A DNA stretch of 51,364 nt from contig JAHBMJ010000289.1 of NCBI GenBank assembly GCA_018398765.1, positions 1 through 51,364 of the forward strand, written 5' to 3'. The position numbers and the translations under genes are program-made. Below the pieces are notes generated by a model. It saw only the letters and a program-made list of their open reading frames with translations. It did not search any database and was not told the DNA's origin. Source of the stretch: Chromera velia. Taxonomy: Eukaryota. This document shows positions 48,801-51,364 of the stretch, in pieces. Numbering within the stretch: position 1 is the first letter of the stretch; each line of letters begins with the position of its first letter.

Positions 48801-50994
48801 CGCTGCTCTCTCTCTCTCTCTCTCTGCAGAAGTGTGGTGGCAAGGACGTACATTCACAGCTACCGGACGATGCAGGACGCTCTCGCTTGCACGGTGAGTA
48901 TGAAGAACGCTCACCAACAGGCAGGCGAAGGGGCAATTGATTGACAACGAGCCCACACTCCACAAAAGATCTATTAGACAAAAAAAAGAAGCAAGGAGGT
49001 AAAAGCCATGATGGAACTGGCGACTGAGCAGGCAATGGCGGATTGTCTCTTCGCAAAGCAACGGAGTCGCTTGTCCTTTTCGGTGTCTTTTTGTGTATCG
49101 AGCCTTTATCGCGCCTTCTCTCTCCTTCTGATAATCCATTCATTCTTTCTCCCTTTTCCCCCTTCCCCTCTAGCCGACCCGACCCGAAATGCAGAGGTCC
49201 CCCTCACCCTCAAGAAGGCCCCCCCCGTCGCCCTCAGGGGGGTCAGTGGGACCTGGGGGAATGGACCAGCAGCCAGAGAAGCACGTCTGGGAAGGACCAA
49301 TCACAGAAGGTCAGTTGCTTCCTTTCCTTTCCTTTCCTTTCCTTCCTTTGTTGATTGCCTGAGTAGGATGTCGACACATACAGACAGACAGAAAGACAGA
49401 CAGAGCTGAAGGGGATCTGCATGTGGCCCGCGCAGATACAAATGGCTTCCCCGAGATGAAAAAGGCAAACAAAGAAATTCAAACAGGCATGGAAAGGAAT
49501 TGCGGGGGGAAAACGGGTGGCGGGGAAGGCACGACAGAGTAAGAGGACGAATGAAGAATACATCGATTCACATCTGAATCCATTTTCTGTCACTTTGAGC
49601 CAGATCCCATTTCTTTCTGATACAAGACGACAGGCATGCATAGAACCACGCATCCTTGCGAAGAAGAGAAGCACAAAGCATGCGGAGCTTGTCATCAGTC
49701 ACTTCTCTTTTGGTCGCTCTGTCTCCCCTTCTCTTCTCTGTTTTCCCTACAGAGGAGGCGCGAAGACTCCCGAAAGAAAAGGACTCAGCAGAAGCAGACA
49801 AGAACAAGGCGGAGGGACACGACAGACACGGAGGTCCCGCATTCACCTTCGAGGCCTTCCATATGGAAGACATGAAGGTGACCAGAAAGAACAAGTAAGC
49901 AACTGAGAAAGGGGGGAGGGCAGCAGACAATGCGCGAGAAAAAAAATCGTGGTTCTTCCTTTTTTGATTTTTTTTCCTTTGTTCGCGTCGTCTTCGTCTT
50001 TTCTGTCTGTACCTCTTCAGATAGTGAGGTGGTGTCTTCGCTTTTCTGCTTCTGAGTCCTTTCTCTCAGGCCTCGATCGCCTCCTCTACATTCATTTACC
50101 CGTTCCCTCCTCTTTTTTTTTTCTTTCTTGGATCTCATTTTTCTCTTCTGGTCGTAATTCTCTTGCTGCAAGGCTTCCTTCCTCTACATGCACTTCTGCG
50201 TTTTGCCTTTCATTCTCTGCAGGTGCCTTGCCTCACTTCGCCAGGTCGCAGAGTCTCTATCGCAGTCGATTTCCAACCTGCAGAGGGCCCAAGAAGCCGT
50301 GGACTTCGACCACAGACACCAGAAGTTTGAGAAGGCAAAAGCGGACAGAGACAGACAGAAGGCTGTGCTCTTCATGAGCAAACATTTTCCGAAGGCCTCA
50401 GCGAGAATATTCCCGACAGAGGTGGATTTACCAAACCAGCCGAACACGGCGCTTGTCGGGGACAGTCGAAAGAACGCGACCATCAACCGTCTCCGCAGAC
50501 ATCCGACCAAACCACTAAAAAGTGCCGTCACGCTCCCATCCCTCAACCAGTCCCACACAGCCGCACAAAAACAGACAGCAACTTCCGCACACCGCAGGGC
50601 GTCTGTGGCTCTGTCCCCCCCCGGGTCTCCCATGCTGTCTCCAGGAAAGAAACAGAAGACGGTCGTCTTTGCAGGTTCTTCAGCTGCAGCTGAGCGAGAC
50701 GTCAACAGTCTCTTCTCCCCCTCCTCCCACAAGCTCTCCTCACAGTCCCCCTCTGCCTCCAAGGCCGCCAAAAGAGGGACCACCATCACGCTGGGAGAAG
50801 AGAGACACGGACACAGTTCGACCCGTGGGGACAGCGAAGGGGGCGACTCCATCCGCCTCCTTTCTCCGAGTGCGAAGGGAAAGAAGGGGATGAAGAAAGG
50901 CACCTCAAAGGCCTCCTTGAGGTCCATGAGGACGACTGACGACTCGGCGCATGCCTCAACGGAGCCCTCATTGGAGGATCTGCCCCCTTCTGCG
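38021..50994 (+). CDS. Multi-exon WW-domain / IQ-motif / TPR protein (about 2,000 aa modelled, continues past the right edge)
   Basis: Phase-consistent exons: 38021-38549, 38873-38949, 39340-39668, 40161-40837, 41115-41367, 41714-42071, 42336-42389, 43089-43145, 43323-44042, 44385-44950, 45121-45409, 45676-45709, 45988-46060, 46435-46497, 46872-47361, 47550-47603, 47796-47914, 48480-48605, 48830-48893, 49174-49309, 49753-49894, 50223-50994 (5,982 nt). Spliced WW: LREGWGRYRDRADREYYWNELSGESRWNHP. IQ motifs: AATVIQKFVRGEKVR and AARRVQGAWRRRQTR. TPR-like: LNTFAMLHRKQGRLHTAYKYLRKALALE, QTRLNTASVVSGLRRHPEALHH and VAVECEYL. Confidence 0.85.
42645..43015. repeat. Intronic (TTTC)n/(TTTA)n microsatellite
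   Basis: Read directly; lies within intron 42390-43088. Confidence 0.95.
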
Positions 50995-51149
50995 GTCTGT
51001 CCCATAACTTGTTTTGCCTCTCTGCGATCGGCGAAGATGATAGGAAAGGAAGGAGTAAAAAATTCAGAAGGAGCCTTGCAAGGAGACAGAAAAATAATTT
51101 CATCACCTTGAGACAGCGCCTTTCTCTCCTTCCATGGTTTCTCTCTGTC

Positions 51150-51209
51150 CCTCTCTCTCTCTCACTCACTCTCTCTCTTCTCTCTCTCTGTCTGTGTGTG
51201 TGTGTGTGC

Positions 51210-51241
<32 letters not shown>

Positions 51242-51281
51242 GTGCGCGCGCGCGCGTGTGAGTCTGTGTCTGTGTGTGTAT

Positions 51282-51314
<33 letters not shown>

Positions 51315-51364
51315 TATGTGTGTGTGTGAGTGTGCGTGTGTTTGTGTGTGTGTGTGTGTGTGTG
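51150..51364. repeat. (CT)n-(TG)n compound microsatellite (intronic)
   Basis: Read directly. Confidence 0.95.

Overview
Eukaryotic, intron-rich nuclear DNA. Introns are GT-AG and packed with microsatellites, and TGCATGCA-rich promoters occur, which is consistent with a chromerid/apicomplexan-related alveolate (Chromera-like; inferred, not verified). Left to right: (1) a giant minus-strand gene (36 phase-consistent exons modelled by hand, about 3,125 aa, running off the left edge) built from about 20 degenerate Cys-patterned modules, with every phase-1 intron splitting a CxxC motif; (2) an intronless secreted RNase T2 divergent from a frame-disrupted intronless ankyrin-repeat gene; (3) an intronless gene with 15 tandem 18-aa CxH-x6-CxxC repeats fused to a virus-type HNH endonuclease, in a GC-normal island between two AT-rich tracts (the best candidate for an undescribed system: a natural repeat-array nuclease); (4) a three-exon minus-strand pseudogene whose C-to-T-type damage increases toward that island; (5) a 22-exon plus-strand WW/IQ/TPR gene (about 2,000 aa, running off the right edge). 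Splice donors are strongly biased to GTCAGT. No CRISPR array, rRNA or tRNA was recognised. Exon models were derived manually and need RNA-seq confirmation.
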